In this document: piece after piece, positions 13,031 through 24,529 of the stretch | Layout: every line of letters begins with the position of its first letter | How positions within the stretch are numbered: the stretch's first letter is position 1 | NCBI RefSeq assembly: GCF_004010195.1 | Contig: NC_057728.1 | Location: 51,282,668 to 51,322,268, forward strand | Length of the DNA: 39,601 nt | Source: Chiloscyllium plagiosum | Taxonomy: Eukaryota | Direction: 5' to 3' | Program-made: the position numbers and the translations under genes | The notes under the pieces: generated by a model | The model's database searches: none | Seen by the model: only the letters and a program-made list of their open reading frames with translations | What the model was told of the DNA's origin: nothing

Positions 13031-13947
13031 GATTTCGCTGCTCCTTGGATGCTGCCTGAACTGCTGTGCTCTTCCAGCACCACTAATCCAGAAAGCATTT
13101 TACAGCCAATTAATAGCATCTAAAGTGGAGTCACTATTGTAATAAATGCATGCACTTCCTTTTAACTTTATCAGTTATGAATTCTGATGAGGATGAGGAC
13201 TGATCACATCTGAATGTGCCTATATAAGCTGACTGCACTTCATCCCCGGGCTATTTTTGATTCTCCCTGTGTTATCATCAGGCATTGACTAGCGTTCAAT
13301 GTAATGTAATGTTACACAGCTGCATTGTTTCCAGTAACTTGTGCTGATTCATCAATGAGCTTTTAATGCTTAGGTAATAGATGTTGATGCCTCATTCCTA
13401 AGGTTGTTATAGGTCAGTGAGAGGTACATAGCAGAGGAAAGATGCCTTGTTTAGTGGTATCTATGTTCTGTTACACAATGAATAATCCAAATGAGTTCAA
13501 ATCCCACTGTGATCATGAAAATCTTAATTTGGTTACAGAAAAATCTGGAGAGATTCTGTTAGCATTTCAAATGGAAGGTCACTGAACTGAAATGTTAACT
13601 CTGTTCCTCTCTCCACAGATTCTGCCAGATGTGCTGAGTATTTTCATTATGGATTGTACAAATGTCCAACCCCTACAAGATTCAGATTCCTGAGAAGAAT
13701 CTGGATTTTGGCCAAAGCTGTCCAATAGTCATAAGTTTCCAGTTTGGTTATTGATGATGCTTCAGGAAAATAAACCCACACTTCTCAGTGCTGAGCATCA
13801 TCTGCCCTGTGTCTGCCCATCCCACCAACCTGCCTGTGTCCTCCTGCAATCCATCACTGTCCTCTGCACCCTACATACTACTTATAATTTTAGTGTCATC
13901 CTGGAAATTTTGAAATTGTGCCCAGTCCTCTCAAATCTAGGTCATCA

Positions 13948-14019
13948 ATTTCAATCAAGGAAGGCAGGTCAGGTCTTGGGAGATCTCCCAAGACCTGACC
14001 TGCCTTCCTTGATTGAAAT
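13948..14019. repeat. 72-bp perfect spacerless palindrome
   Basis: 36-bp arms centred on AGA|TCT (13983/13984), checked base by base. First mismatch is at 13947/14020. Confidence 0.97.
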
Positions 14020-14313
14020 ACAAAGCCATTGTTATTCCCTGTCATTGGAGCTGAATGAAAAATGTCACTATTTCCACTGTGTACTTTCATCCAGTCCTAA
14101 AAACACAATTGTTCACTACTGCTCTATCTCCTATCACCCAACCAACCTTGTATCTGTTCCGCTGCTATCCCATTCGTTCTATGACTTGGCACCTTATCAA
14201 AGCGAAGGATCAATTTCAGATTCTGATATGGCGGTGAGCTACTTGTTGCCCATCGTGGAGGTTTCCTGTGAAACTGCATGAACGGTTTGGGGAAAATTTC
14301 CACAAGGGCTACA

Positions 14314-15150
14314 TTCCGCACCTCTGCCCTCAGACCCCACCCCTCCAACCGTAACAAGGTCAGAATGCCCCTGGTGCTCACCTTCCAACCTACCAACCTT
14401 CGCATAAACCAAATCATCCGCCGACATTTCCGCCACCTCCAAAAAGACCCCACCACCAGGGATATATTTCCCTCCCAACCCCTTTCCGCCTTCCGCAAAG
14501 GNNNNNNNNNNNNNNNNNNNNNNNNNNNNNNNNNNNNNNNNNNNNNNNNNNNNNNNNNNNNNNNNNNNNNNNNNNNNNNNNNNNNNNNNNNNNNNNNNNN
14601 NNNNNNNNNNNNNNNNNNNNNNNNNNNNNNNNNNNNNNNNNNNNNNNNNNNNNNNNNNNNNNNNNNNNNNNNNNNNNNNNNNNNNNNNNNNNNNNNNNNN
14701 NNNNNNNNNNNNNNNNNNNNNNNNNNNNNNNNNNNNNNNNNNNNNNNNNNNNNNNNNNNNNNNNNNNNNNNNNNNNNNNNNNNNNNNNNNNNNNNNNNNN
14801 NNNNNNNNNNNNNNNNNNNNNNNNNNNNNNNNNNNNNNNNNNNNNTGACTTGTCCGGACTTGTCCGACCTGCCCAGCTCCTTTTCCACCGATCCACTCCA
14901 CCCTATCCTCCCTGACCTATCACCTTCATCCCCTCCCCCACTCACCCATTGTACTCTACGCTACTTTCTCCCCACCCTCCTCTAGCTGGTCTCTCCACGC
15001 TTCAGGCTCACTGCCTTTATTCCTGATGAAGGGCTTTTGCCCGAAACGTCGATTTCGAAGCTCCTTGGATGCTGCCTGAACTGCTGTACTCTTCCTGCAC
15101 CACTAATCCAGAATCTGGTTTCCAGCATCTGCAGTCATTGTTTTTACCTT
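14314..15150 (+). mobile_element. Young Penelope-like element, 5'-truncated, with complete 3' repeat
   Basis: Same protein motifs as the 12201-13093 copy; ends ...gcagtcattgtttttacctt. Confidence 0.88.
15023..15050 (+). ncRNA. Minimal type I hammerhead ribozyme core in PLE terminal repeat
   Basis: ctgatga-a-gggc-tttt-gccc-gaaa-cgtc. Confidence 0.7.
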
Positions 15151-16171
15151 GTAAAATGCTTTGGGATGTCCCAAAAATCAGGAAACATATTACGAAAAGG
15201 TTTCTTATACAAGGTGTGGATATTGAAAGACATGATGAGTAATTGGTCACAGAAGCTCCTAGTTTATTTTTTACTGGGTGAATAGTAGAATGAACAAAAG
15301 TTCTTTAAAGAATATAAAGTTCTTTACTCAGCCTTTACCGCACCTATTAAAATAAATCAAAGATCTTGGATTGTGTGGTTTAACTACAGCCCTGTGCCAA
15401 ATGAAATAAAAACTCAGTCAACAACATCAAAAAGCCACATTAGATGTGGCTGAGTTTGGGATGGCTGCAGTCTGGATCTCAGCTCTCATCTCCCGGCTTC
15501 TCCCAGTGGGTGTGTCCAAGGCTCATGTTGTTTAGTTTGACACTCGGCCAACTCAGATAACTCCAAACTTTCAGCAGGCGTGTGAAGTTGTGCAAAGATG
15601 GTTCAGACTCTGGTCAAGAGTTTAAGCTGTTTGGCATTCACAAATGCGGACTCGTGTAATACACAATGCACACAAGAGAGGATTCCAGTTAACTAAGAAA
15701 AACTGAAAATGTTGGAAATACTAAAAAGATCAGGCAGCAATTGGAGACAGAAACAAGCTTATGGTACAGGGGATAGGATATCGGCATAGATAGAAAACAG
15801 ACTGGCTAACAGAAAGCAGGAATAGGCATAAATACCAAGTGATTTGGTTGTGCATGAGTTGCAAAAGACTTGTATGCTGGTACAGCAAGTACTGAGGAAA
15901 GGGAAATTGAATACGGAGGTAGGAAGGTTCAAATTCATTGATACACCATATCTGGTGTACAGTGTCCTGAATGATCACCTTACTTAAGGAAGGATACAAA
16001 TGTGTTGGAGGCACTTCGGAGACAGCTTAGCAGATTAATCCTGAGAATGAGAGTACTGTTTTATGAGGAAAGATTGGCCAAGCCAGACTCCTATTGCTGG
16101 AGATTAGAGGAGTAAGAGGTAACTTGATTGAAACATAAAAGCTATGGTGGGGTCTTTACAGGATTGATGCG

Positions 16172-16638
16172 TGTAGTGATTGTAACAAGATCAGCCACAT
16201 GGACCTCATAGAATGAGTTCCCTAACTGGGGCTGTTAACCTGGTCCAATCAGGGAGCCCAGGCTGACATATAAACAGGAGGGTAGTTGTACTCTATGTAC
16301 TATTTCTTATCTAATTGGACTGTTTGGTATGTATTTGTTATTGTTTTGGGAGGACTGAAAATGGGATTTGAGGTTTGTCCTCATTTCCCTGAAAATTGCT
16401 TGAACGGTAGGGTTTGGGGCCTGGCTTTGCCGCCCCTCTCCCTTGTAAATTGCTGTTTCTCCATATCCAACGGTTATTGTTAATTGTTTGTAAACTGCGT
16501 ATTGTTTAATAAAACTTAAAAAAAACCAGGAGGGTCAGAGACTCTGTTGACTGTGAGAGCTGGCAGAGTCAAGGACTCTCTACATGTAAATAAAGGGTGA
16601 CTTGTTGACGGGATACTGGCCTCAATGGAGTTATTTCA
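16172..16638 (+). mobile_element. Solo LTR (probably Gypsy-type) containing a nested insertion
   Basis: TG...CA termini, CCAAT near 16245, TATAAA near 16269 and AATAAA near 16589; cleanly interrupts a CR1. Target-site duplication (TSD) is degenerate. Confidence 0.7.
16284..16526 (+). mobile_element. 5'-truncated poly(A) retro-insertion (L1/Tx1-type 3' UTR or retrocopied mRNA 3' end)
   Basis: T-rich body, AATAAA, A-tail, flanked by a perfect 9-bp TSD CAGGAGGGT (16275-16283, 16527-16535). Confidence 0.8.
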
Positions 16639-17149
16639 ATATAAAAATGATGTTTCCTCTTATTGGAGATTACAGATTCTAGGGGTCACTTTCAAAATCA
16701 GGCGCCTTTCTCAAAGAAGGTTGCGGCTGTTCCTCAACAGGGGGTGAAGCAGATATTTGAATATTCTTTTAAAAGGTAGAGGTGGATAAATTCTTGTTAA
16801 ACAAGAGGGGTGTGTGAAAAGTCATTGATATAGACAGGAATATCAGATCGGCCATTATCTTATTGAAGAATGGAACAGGCTCAAGAGGCTGAATAGTCTA
16901 CTCCTGTTTCTTGTTGGATGTAAAATATTCCTCTTTGGGTAATTTCTCACAGGGAGACTACTATCAGGTCTAATTCTCCCCAAAGATTCGATATAGATTA
17001 ATTAATTCAAACAGACAGCCAATAAATATCTTCAAATCAGGGGCTGCTTAAATAGCTGTTAAGTGTTTAAAAAAAAAACTACAAGACCTACATTTGAGCA
17101 AATGACATGAGATGCAGTTAAAATGAATTCACACTGATTCAAGGCTTTG

Positions 17150-17195
17150 TGACTGCGTCATGTGACAGGGTGGGAGTGGGTTTGGCCAATCACTC
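17150..17195. promoter_or_regulatory. Dense motif cluster: CRE-like TGCGTCA, E-box GTCATGTGAC, CACCC/GT boxes, CCAAT box
   Basis: TGCGTCA 17154-17160, GTCATGTGAC 17157-17166, GGGTGGG 17168-17174, GGCCAATCA 17184-17192. Motif evidence only. Confidence 0.35.
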
Positions 17196-17724
17196 CAGGG
17201 AACCACATTTAAGAAAAAAATCAGGAGAGGATGAGACGGAATTGGATTTGTTAAAAGCAGCACATTTATTTCTTTGCTGAACAAACCCAGTATTAAAAGA
17301 TGTTGGATGTCAATGTATTAGAGCCAAAAGACAATTTATGAAAGACTGCCAAAGTCAATTTTAACCCAACTCTGTGCACACCCTCTTTATTGGGGCGGCG
17401 GCGGCGGGGGGGGGGGGTGGAGGAGACATGGAGCAGAATGAGTAGGGGAGAGAAGGAGGAGGAAAAGGGAGTTAAATAAAAGGATATATGGTCTCAGGTT
17501 TGTTTTATAACTTTATTTGGGGTTGCATTGATTTGCATCCTTTGGAAAGAGGAAGCAAATTAATCTACAGTAGGTCAAACAAATGTCATTTGTTTGCATT
17601 CCAACAAAAGGCACAGCAAATGCTGTTCATAGAACAGTCTCTGGAAAGAACTGCATTTCAGTCACTATAAATATAGCATCAAAATAATAGTTTAATTTCA
17701 GTGGATTCAGTGCTACGTTTTAAA

Positions 17725-18340
17725 AAGAAATTCATTCATGGGATGAGGAAGTTGCTGGCTGGGCCAGCATTTATAGCTCACCCTAACTGCCTGGAGGGCA
17801 GCATCATAAAGATGTACAGCATGAAAACTGACCCTTCGGTCCAACTCGTCCATGCCAACCAGATATCCTAACCTACTCTAGTCCCATTTACCAGCAGTTG
17901 GCCCATATCCCTCTAAACCCTTCCTATTCATATACCCATCCAGATGCCTTTTAAATGTTGTAATTGTACCAGCCGCCACCACTTCCTCTGGCAGCTCATT
18001 CCATACATGCACCGCCCTCTGAGCGAAAAAGTTGCCCCTTAAGTCCCTTTTATATCTTTCCCCTCTCACCCTAAAAGAGCCAAGCAGACTATACCTATTT
18101 ATAAAAGGTCCGGAGTCACATGTAGGGAAGACTGGAAAGGATGGCATTTTCTCCCATAAAAGGACAGTAGTGAACCAGATGGGTTGTTCCCAATAATCGG
18201 CAATCATTTAATAGTCATCAGGAGACTCAAATTCCCGATTTTTATTGAATTTAAACGTCTGTCACCTGCCAGGTTCCTCAGAGCATTACCGGAGTCTCCG
18301 AGTTAACAGTTCAGTAATATTGCCACTAGGGTGTCACCTC
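17725..18340 (-). mobile_element. Old SINE interrupted by a young CR1 3' fragment (about 17804-18075)
   Basis: SINE tail at 17725-17800 and body at 18110-18340. CR1 peptide FRVRGERYKRDLRGNFFAQRAVHVWNELPEEVV lies between them. Confidence 0.75.
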
Positions 18341-19006
18341 CCCATGCCCCAATGCGTGCTACACACGCCTCTCTTCATTCCTCCTCTGAAGCCAGAAATC
18401 TTCAGACATGACCAAGCTAGTGCCAGGCTCCTATTGAAATGTAATAAAGAGTGCAGTTCCTCCAAATTTCACACTGGACCTGCCCTCAACTATCCCACTG
18501 CACACAGCCGAGGCACTGTTCAGTATTCAACTGACGGATTTGGGAGATGCAGTTTCCAATCAGACAATGAAATTATTTTGCTCCGTATTTCTGACGCCTG
18601 AATTAATTTAACATTCTGTTTCTGTCAGAATCACATGACTTGCCTCCTGGGAAAACTATGTCCTATGTAAAGTTTCACTTAATCAGTGGGAGTTTTACAG
18701 GGTAGGTGCTGCCAGAAGATTGCTTGTATGGGGAAATCTAGAATTGTGGTTTGTGGGCCGGGGGCACTGATTAAGATTGAGGGATTTCCCCATTTAAAAT
18801 GAAATGGTGATGTAATTTCTCCACTTTGAGAGTCATTGATCTTCTGAATATATTCAAGTGGCTTTTGATTGACAATGAATGAGGCTGCAATAGCATGAGG
18901 GAGATGCAAGAACACAGGGAAGGATGTCTCAAACAGAAATGTTAACGCTGATTTCTCTCTGCAGAGGCTACTAGACCCACTCAGCTTTCCCAGCCATTTC
19001 TGTTTT

Positions 19007-19797
19007 CATAGAGTCATAGAGATGTACAGCATGGAAACAGACCCTTCAGTCCAACCCGTCCATGCTGACCAGACATCCCAACCCAATCTAGTCCCACCTG
19101 CCAGTAGCTGGCCCATATCCCTCCAAACCCTTCCTATTCATATATTAAATATTACAATATTGCAATTGTACCAGCCTTCACCACATCCTCTGGCAGCTCA
19201 TTTCTTACACGTGCCACCCTCTGTGTGAAAAAGTTGCCCCTTAGGTCTCTTTTATATTTTTCTCCTCTCACCCTAAACCTATGCCCTCTAGTTCTGGACT
19301 CCCTGATCCCAGGTAAAAGACTTTGCCTATTTATCCTATCCATGCTCCTCATAATTTTGTAAACCTCTAGAAGGTCACCCCTCAGCCTCCGACACTCCAG
19401 GGTAAACAGCTCCAACCTGTTCAGTCTCTCCCTGTAGCTCAGATCCTCCAACCCTTTCTTCACTATCCTATCTACCTGCAACTCCACTTTCAAGAAGCTA
19501 TGGACCTGCACTCCAAGGTCTCTTTGTTCAGCAACACTCCCTCGGACCTTACCATTAAGTGTATAAGTCCTGCTAAGATTTGCTTTCCCAAAATGCAGCA
19601 CCTCGCATTTATCTGAATTAAACTCCATCTGCCACTTCTCAGCCCATTGGCCCATCTGGTCCAGACCCTGTTGTAACCTGAGGTAACCCTCTTCACTGTC
19701 CACTACACCTCCAATTTTGGTGTCATCTGCAAACTAACTGCACCTCTTATGCTCGCATCCAAATCATTTATGTAAATGACAAAAAGTAGAGGGCCCA
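19007..19797 (-). mobile_element. Young CR1 LINE 3' fragment with internal deletion
   Basis: ORF 19703-19152 (WAEKWQMEFNSDKCEVLHFG...RTRGHRFRVRG). Confidence 0.92.
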
Positions 19798-20739
19798 ATC
19801 ATTAGGATTCATTGGATGACTCCTCCAAAGAGCTAGTACTGACACTGCAGACTGAATGGCCTCCTGTTGCTGTATGATCCTATGGTAGGGAGTAGGCTAC
19901 TCAGCCCCTTGGACCTGCTTTGCACTCTTAAGGTAGTGGCTGAAGTGACTGTGGCCTGAACTCCACTACCTTGCTAATCCAAAGTCTATCCCATGCACCT
20001 CACGCATCTCAATAACTAAGCCTTCATCACTCCCTGGAGCAGGGCGGGGAAAGAGAATCCCACAGTCCAAGAACCCCAGAAAAAGAAACTCACCAGAAAT
20101 CAGTACAATTCCCAGATGCTTCGAGTCAGCTTTCTACCCAGCTACAAGCCAATGACATGAACAAGTTTAGTAGTCAGTCCCCTCTCGTCACTATGGCCCC
20201 CATGCCTAATTTATAAAACCCAGGATGGTGCCCACATTTTTACACTAAATTATATAAACATGGTGTTCCTTTTTAGCAGAGCTCTGTCTTAGTTCTTAAA
20301 CCTCTCTGCTAACCTTTGACTAGTCAGGGTATATTTCACGTGCTCCACCTTTCTATGGAAAAAAAATTAATCAATTTTTCTGCATTAAAAAAGGTTAACT
20401 CAGAAACCAGCTGTGAGTGATGTTTCTTGCACACTTTGCCTGTTCATTATTTCTGTATCTGTTGGAAATATTCATCGAATTTTCCCAAAGATGTGGTAGT
20501 CTCCAGTACAGCCACTCCCCATCAGTAAGACTACTCCCGAATGGCAAAACTCCAACACCCATCCCACTCTCACCCAGCAATGTAAAATATTTTCCTGACC
20601 TTGCTCACATTCTCCCATATGACAGTTTTAAATTAGGAATGCTCACTCCCATTCTCAAGCCAGACAAAATTGCTTTCTCCCTAACAGTCCCCCTTCATGA
20701 TAAACCCCAGCTCCAAAAGGAACACAGCCTCAATATCTC

Positions 20740-21098
20740 AGTTAAAAATCACACAACACCAGCTTATAGTCCAACAGGTTTTGGAGCACTGTTTATTCTC
20801 CACAATCACCAGATGAAGATCGTAAGACACAAACTTTATAGGAAAAGTTTACAGTGAATGACCATGTTGGTAAGAATGAGAGACTTAAACAATCCAGGAC
20901 TTTTTCAATATATAATTTCAGTGACATCACACTGTAAACTTTTGCTATAAATTCTGCGTCTTATAAACTTATTCTCCACAACCACCTGAAGGAGTGCTCC
21001 GAAAGCTAGTGCTTCCAAGTAAACCTGTTAGACTATAACCTGGTGTTGTGATTTTTAACTTTGTACATCCCAGTCCAACACCAGCGTTTCCAAATCAT
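20740..21098. mobile_element. Second PLE-type terminal repeat family in rearranged inverted configuration, with a degenerate hammerhead core at about 20986-21008
   Basis: 20740-20790 is the reverse complement of about 21005-21060; homologous to 22517-22711. Confidence 0.65.
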
Positions 21099-21159
21099 CA
21101 ATCTCTCAGTCTGCTGCTTAGCCCTTTCAGCAGTGTAGCAAGAATCCCTTCAGTGTGGG

Positions 21160-21474
21160 AACTGGCCACTTGGCCCAACAAGTCCATACCGACACTCTGA
21201 AGTGAAACCAACCCAGACCCATTCCTCTACCCTATTACTCTACATTTTACCCCTGACTAATACATCTAACTTACACATCCCTGAACACCATGGGCAATTT
21301 AGCATGGCCAATTTCAACTAATCTGCACATTTTTGGATTGTGGGAGGAAACCAGAACAAACCCACACAGAACACGGGGAGAATGTGCACACAGACAGTCG
21401 CCCGAGGCTGGAATCGAACCTGAGTCCTTGGCGCGGAGAGGCAGCAGTGCTAACTACTGAGCAACCATGCCGTC
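21160..21474 (-). mobile_element. HE1-type SINE
   Basis: Reverse complement of the 25286-25590 copy, including the tRNA-derived head. Confidence 0.88.
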
Positions 21475-22516
21475 CATTAAAGATAGTGATTTGTGTGACC
21501 CGCCTTCAAGACTTTGAGCTAACAACAATCACTGATTCAGAATTTATATTTATCCCCAGTCCTGGTGAATTCCGTTCTCTGTGCTTTTAGTGAGCTTTCT
21601 GTAACAGTGAATGATAATCTAGTGCTCAGTATTGATTCATTATTACTTCTCCACACTTGTGGAGTATGTCTCTATTTATAAAACTGTACTGAATGTCCCT
21701 CTGTCCATCCACAACTTCCATGTCTTTCTCCTGAATGTACACCCTTGTTCCTTGCTTTTACTCCAGAAATGTATCGCCTCACACTAATTTGCAGTGCTCT
21801 ATCACATTCCATAAATGTGTCTGTTTTCCTGAAATCTTCCACAGTGTCCTCCTTGTTTGACAAGCCTCCTCCCAATGCTATCAGCTCATCTGAGCTTGGA
21901 TGTCTGGGCTACAGTCTAAACCATCAAAAGGATGGAGCAACCAAGAGGACCCAGCACCACCTCCAGTTCACTTGTTTTCGATATCCAACACAGTCAAGTC
22001 AAACCTGGGTTTCAGTGGTTTGAGGCAGAGACTCACCACCACCTTCTCAGGAGCAATTAGCAACAGACAACAAATACTCACCTTGCCAATGGCACCCAGC
22101 TATCATGAAAGAACATTTTTTAAAATAACTCCAATCCCGTTTTCTGTGTCACAGCTTGCATTCTATCCATGCAGCATCAGTTGCTGTTCGAAAACTTGGT
22201 CCAAATTCATCATTCACATCCACCACCTTCCCTTTTTCTGTACAAGTGGACATCTCAAGAGTAACTAAGATTACTCAGTACATTTCTATAGAGTCTTTCA
22301 TGGAATAAAATCTCCTGAGGCATTTCATATGAGCTTTATAAAACCTAGAGCAACACTGAGCCAGGTTAAGGAGGTACTGGGACATCTGCTCATGGTGGTA
22401 GGTCTTAAACAGCACAGATGGACACTATGACACGGAATTCCAGAGCAGAGGGCTTGCAGGAAGATAACTCCAGGATTTTGACCCAGCAACACTGAAGGAA
22501 TGCTAATATATTTCAA

Positions 22517-22711
22517 GATGTGGCGGTGCCAGTGTTGGACTGGGGTGGACAAAGTTAGAAATCACACAACACCAGGTTATAGTCCAACAGGTTTATTTGG
22601 GAGCACTAGCTTTCAGAGCACTGCTCCTTCATCAGGTAGCTGTGAAGCAGGACCATAAGACACCGAATTTATAGCAAAAGATTACAGTGTCACACAGCTG
22701 AAACGATATAT
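22517..22711 (-). mobile_element. Second PLE-type terminal repeat fragment
   Basis: Reverse-complement match to 20900-21098; carries a hammerhead core. Confidence 0.65.
22607..22635 (-). ncRNA. Minimal hammerhead ribozyme core, second family
   Basis: CUGAUGA-A-GGAGC AGU GCUCU-GAAA-G-C-UA; palindromic AGCU in place of stem III; short stem I (uac/gug). Confidence 0.62.
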
Positions 22712-23334
22712 TCACGTTTCAAAGTCGGGGTGGTGTGTGGCTGGGACCTTGTAAGCGTTTCCCAGTATCTGCTGGCCTTATCCTTCTCAATGGTAGAGAT
22801 CAGAGTTTTGGAAGGTACTGTTAAAGGAGTGTTGGTAAGCTGCTGCTGTGCATCTTGTAGATGGTACACACTGTTGTCACTGGGCATTGGTGGTGAAGGA
22901 AATGAATGTTGATTGGTGCTGGATGGGGGTGCCATTCAAGTGGGCTGCTTTATCCTGTACCCAGGGCCATTTGGGGAGGGGGGGAGCATTCCATCACATT
23001 TTTGATGTGTGTCTTGTAAATAGAGGAAAGACTTTGGGGAGTTGGTTCCTCTTTGCGAAATCCCCAGCTTCTAGTTAGTACAGAACAGGCCACAGTGTTC
23101 ATATAGCTAGTCCAGTTCAGTTTCAGGTTTTTGGTAACCCCCATGAGGAGAATTCGGCAACAGTAATGTCATTGAATGTCAAGGAATGATGACTGAATTC
23201 TTTCTCGTGAGAGAACACTTGGCGAACACTTGGAAGGCATTAATGTTACTTGCCACTTGTCAACCCATGTGAGAATATTTGTCCAGGTTTTGCTGCATGT
23301 GAATAAATCTACCCAAATGTTCTGGAGGACATGA

Positions 23335-23590
23335 GCTCATATCCTACTCTACTGTGGCAGCTAGCAGAATTGAAAGTAAATTAATCAAGTCTGGAATTGA
23401 AAGCTAGTCTCAGTAATGGTGGCCTTGAAAATCTCATCGGTTGCTGTAAAAACCCATCTCATTCCCAAAGGTCTGTTAGGGAGGAAAATCTGCCACCCTC
23501 ACTCAGTCTGGCCTCCCTGTGACTCCAGACCCAAAGCAAGGTGGTTGACCCTTAGAGATATGCAATAAATGCTGGCCCCTTGAGCGATTC
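23335..23590 (+). mobile_element. Old tRNA-derived SINE body (SacSINE1-like)
   Basis: tctggaattgaaagctagtctcagtaatggtg...gtgactccagaccc; reverse complement of the 9330-9870 family. Confidence 0.6.
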
Positions 23591-24529
23591 CCAAAAATCC
23601 TAAATACACAAGGCACAAGCACCTCCACCACACGGCCTACAGTGCCTCAGGTGGTTGACCAACATCAGTAACTACTGGCCCAGTGAAACCTACATCTTGT
23701 TTTTAAAAAAAATTAAAAATGCCTCATTAGTGGCAAAATCCAAACCCCAACTTCTTTTGTTGTTAGCAACAGGAAATATCTGGGAATTGATGGGAGCAGG
23801 GATCAAAAGATCCTGGAGGCACTTAGGCACTTTTGGGCTCTAAAGGATATCAAGGCATGTGGGAATAGTGCAGGAAAGTAGAGCTAAGGTAGAAATTTAG
23901 CCATAACTTTGTAAATTTTAAAGACAAGATTCCTTTGTAGGACTGATCAAGGTGAACACTCACCTACACCAGACAGTGACGTACAACACTGAGGCTATTT
24001 CCAAGTTACAAACCCATCTGCTGGCCAGATCATCTCCTCAGGGGACAATTACTGTTTTTTTTTGGAAAAGGCTCAGTTTTAAATGTTTAATATGCAGTAG
24101 ATTAATTTCACTGTTTCATCCCCAAAAGGCCCATTTCTCAAAGACATTAAGAGTTTAAGCAACCACTCTCACCTCTGAATGTCTCTCTATATTCTTGTAA
24201 TTACAGAAGCTAAAGAGGACAGCATCAAACCACCCTCCAGTTAGTGTTACAGGCTACCCCATAACGCGTACTAACAGGAGGCAAAGGATTCAAGATTTCT
24301 CACTCAAGAATAACTACACTTGATAAAACCAATATAATCACATGCACACATCCTTGCCTCCATCCATTGGTCCCAACTTGCATTATATGATGACTTGATT
24401 GCCGCAAAGGGCAGGAGTTTGTTTACTTTTTTGACAGCACTAAGATTGCAAATCACAAATGTGATCTCTAACATTGCTGCTGATTCCCATTCAAGGGGAA
24501 GAATGAGGAGAGAAAGCAGTTCTTAGAAA

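Larger units (their letters stand above)
12201..13093 (+). mobile_element. Young Penelope-like element, 5'-truncated, with an inverted terminal repeat at its 5' end
   Basis: PLVLTFHPTNL...RHFRHLQTDPTTRDIFPS...PGTYPCHRRNCKTC is the PLE RT-to-GIY-YIG linker. 12201-12340 is the reverse complement of the element's 3' repeat. Confidence 0.88.
12341..14845. other. Assembly gaps: 12341-12356, 12643-12751, 14502-14845
   Basis: Runs of N, all inside PLE copies. Confidence 0.99.
15830..16915 (+). mobile_element. Old CR1 LINE 3' fragment interrupted by a solo LTR
   Basis: CR1 motifs on both sides of the LTR (ttgattgaaacata...ggattgatgc / atgatgtttcctctt...ggaacaggctcaagaggctgaat). Confidence 0.7.
22340..23300 (-). 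mobile_element. Second LINE family ORF2 3' fragment, interrupted at 22517-22711
   Basis: LNWTSYMNTVA...QSLSSIYKTHIKNVMECSP motif; homologous to 3480-3775 and 33420-33878. Confidence 0.7.

Noticed and set aside
13751..14281. 176-aa ORF sharing a peptide with an opposite-strand ORF
   Set aside because: The shared peptide is a by-product of the palindrome; no recognisable protein.
14124..14985. Long ORFs of 160-273 aa
   Set aside because: Length comes from translating through N gaps; the real part is PLE sequence.
23958..24070. Strong minus-strand donor TAG|GTGAGT
   Set aside because: The phase-1 frame hits a stop 11 codons upstream with no ATG; at most non-coding.
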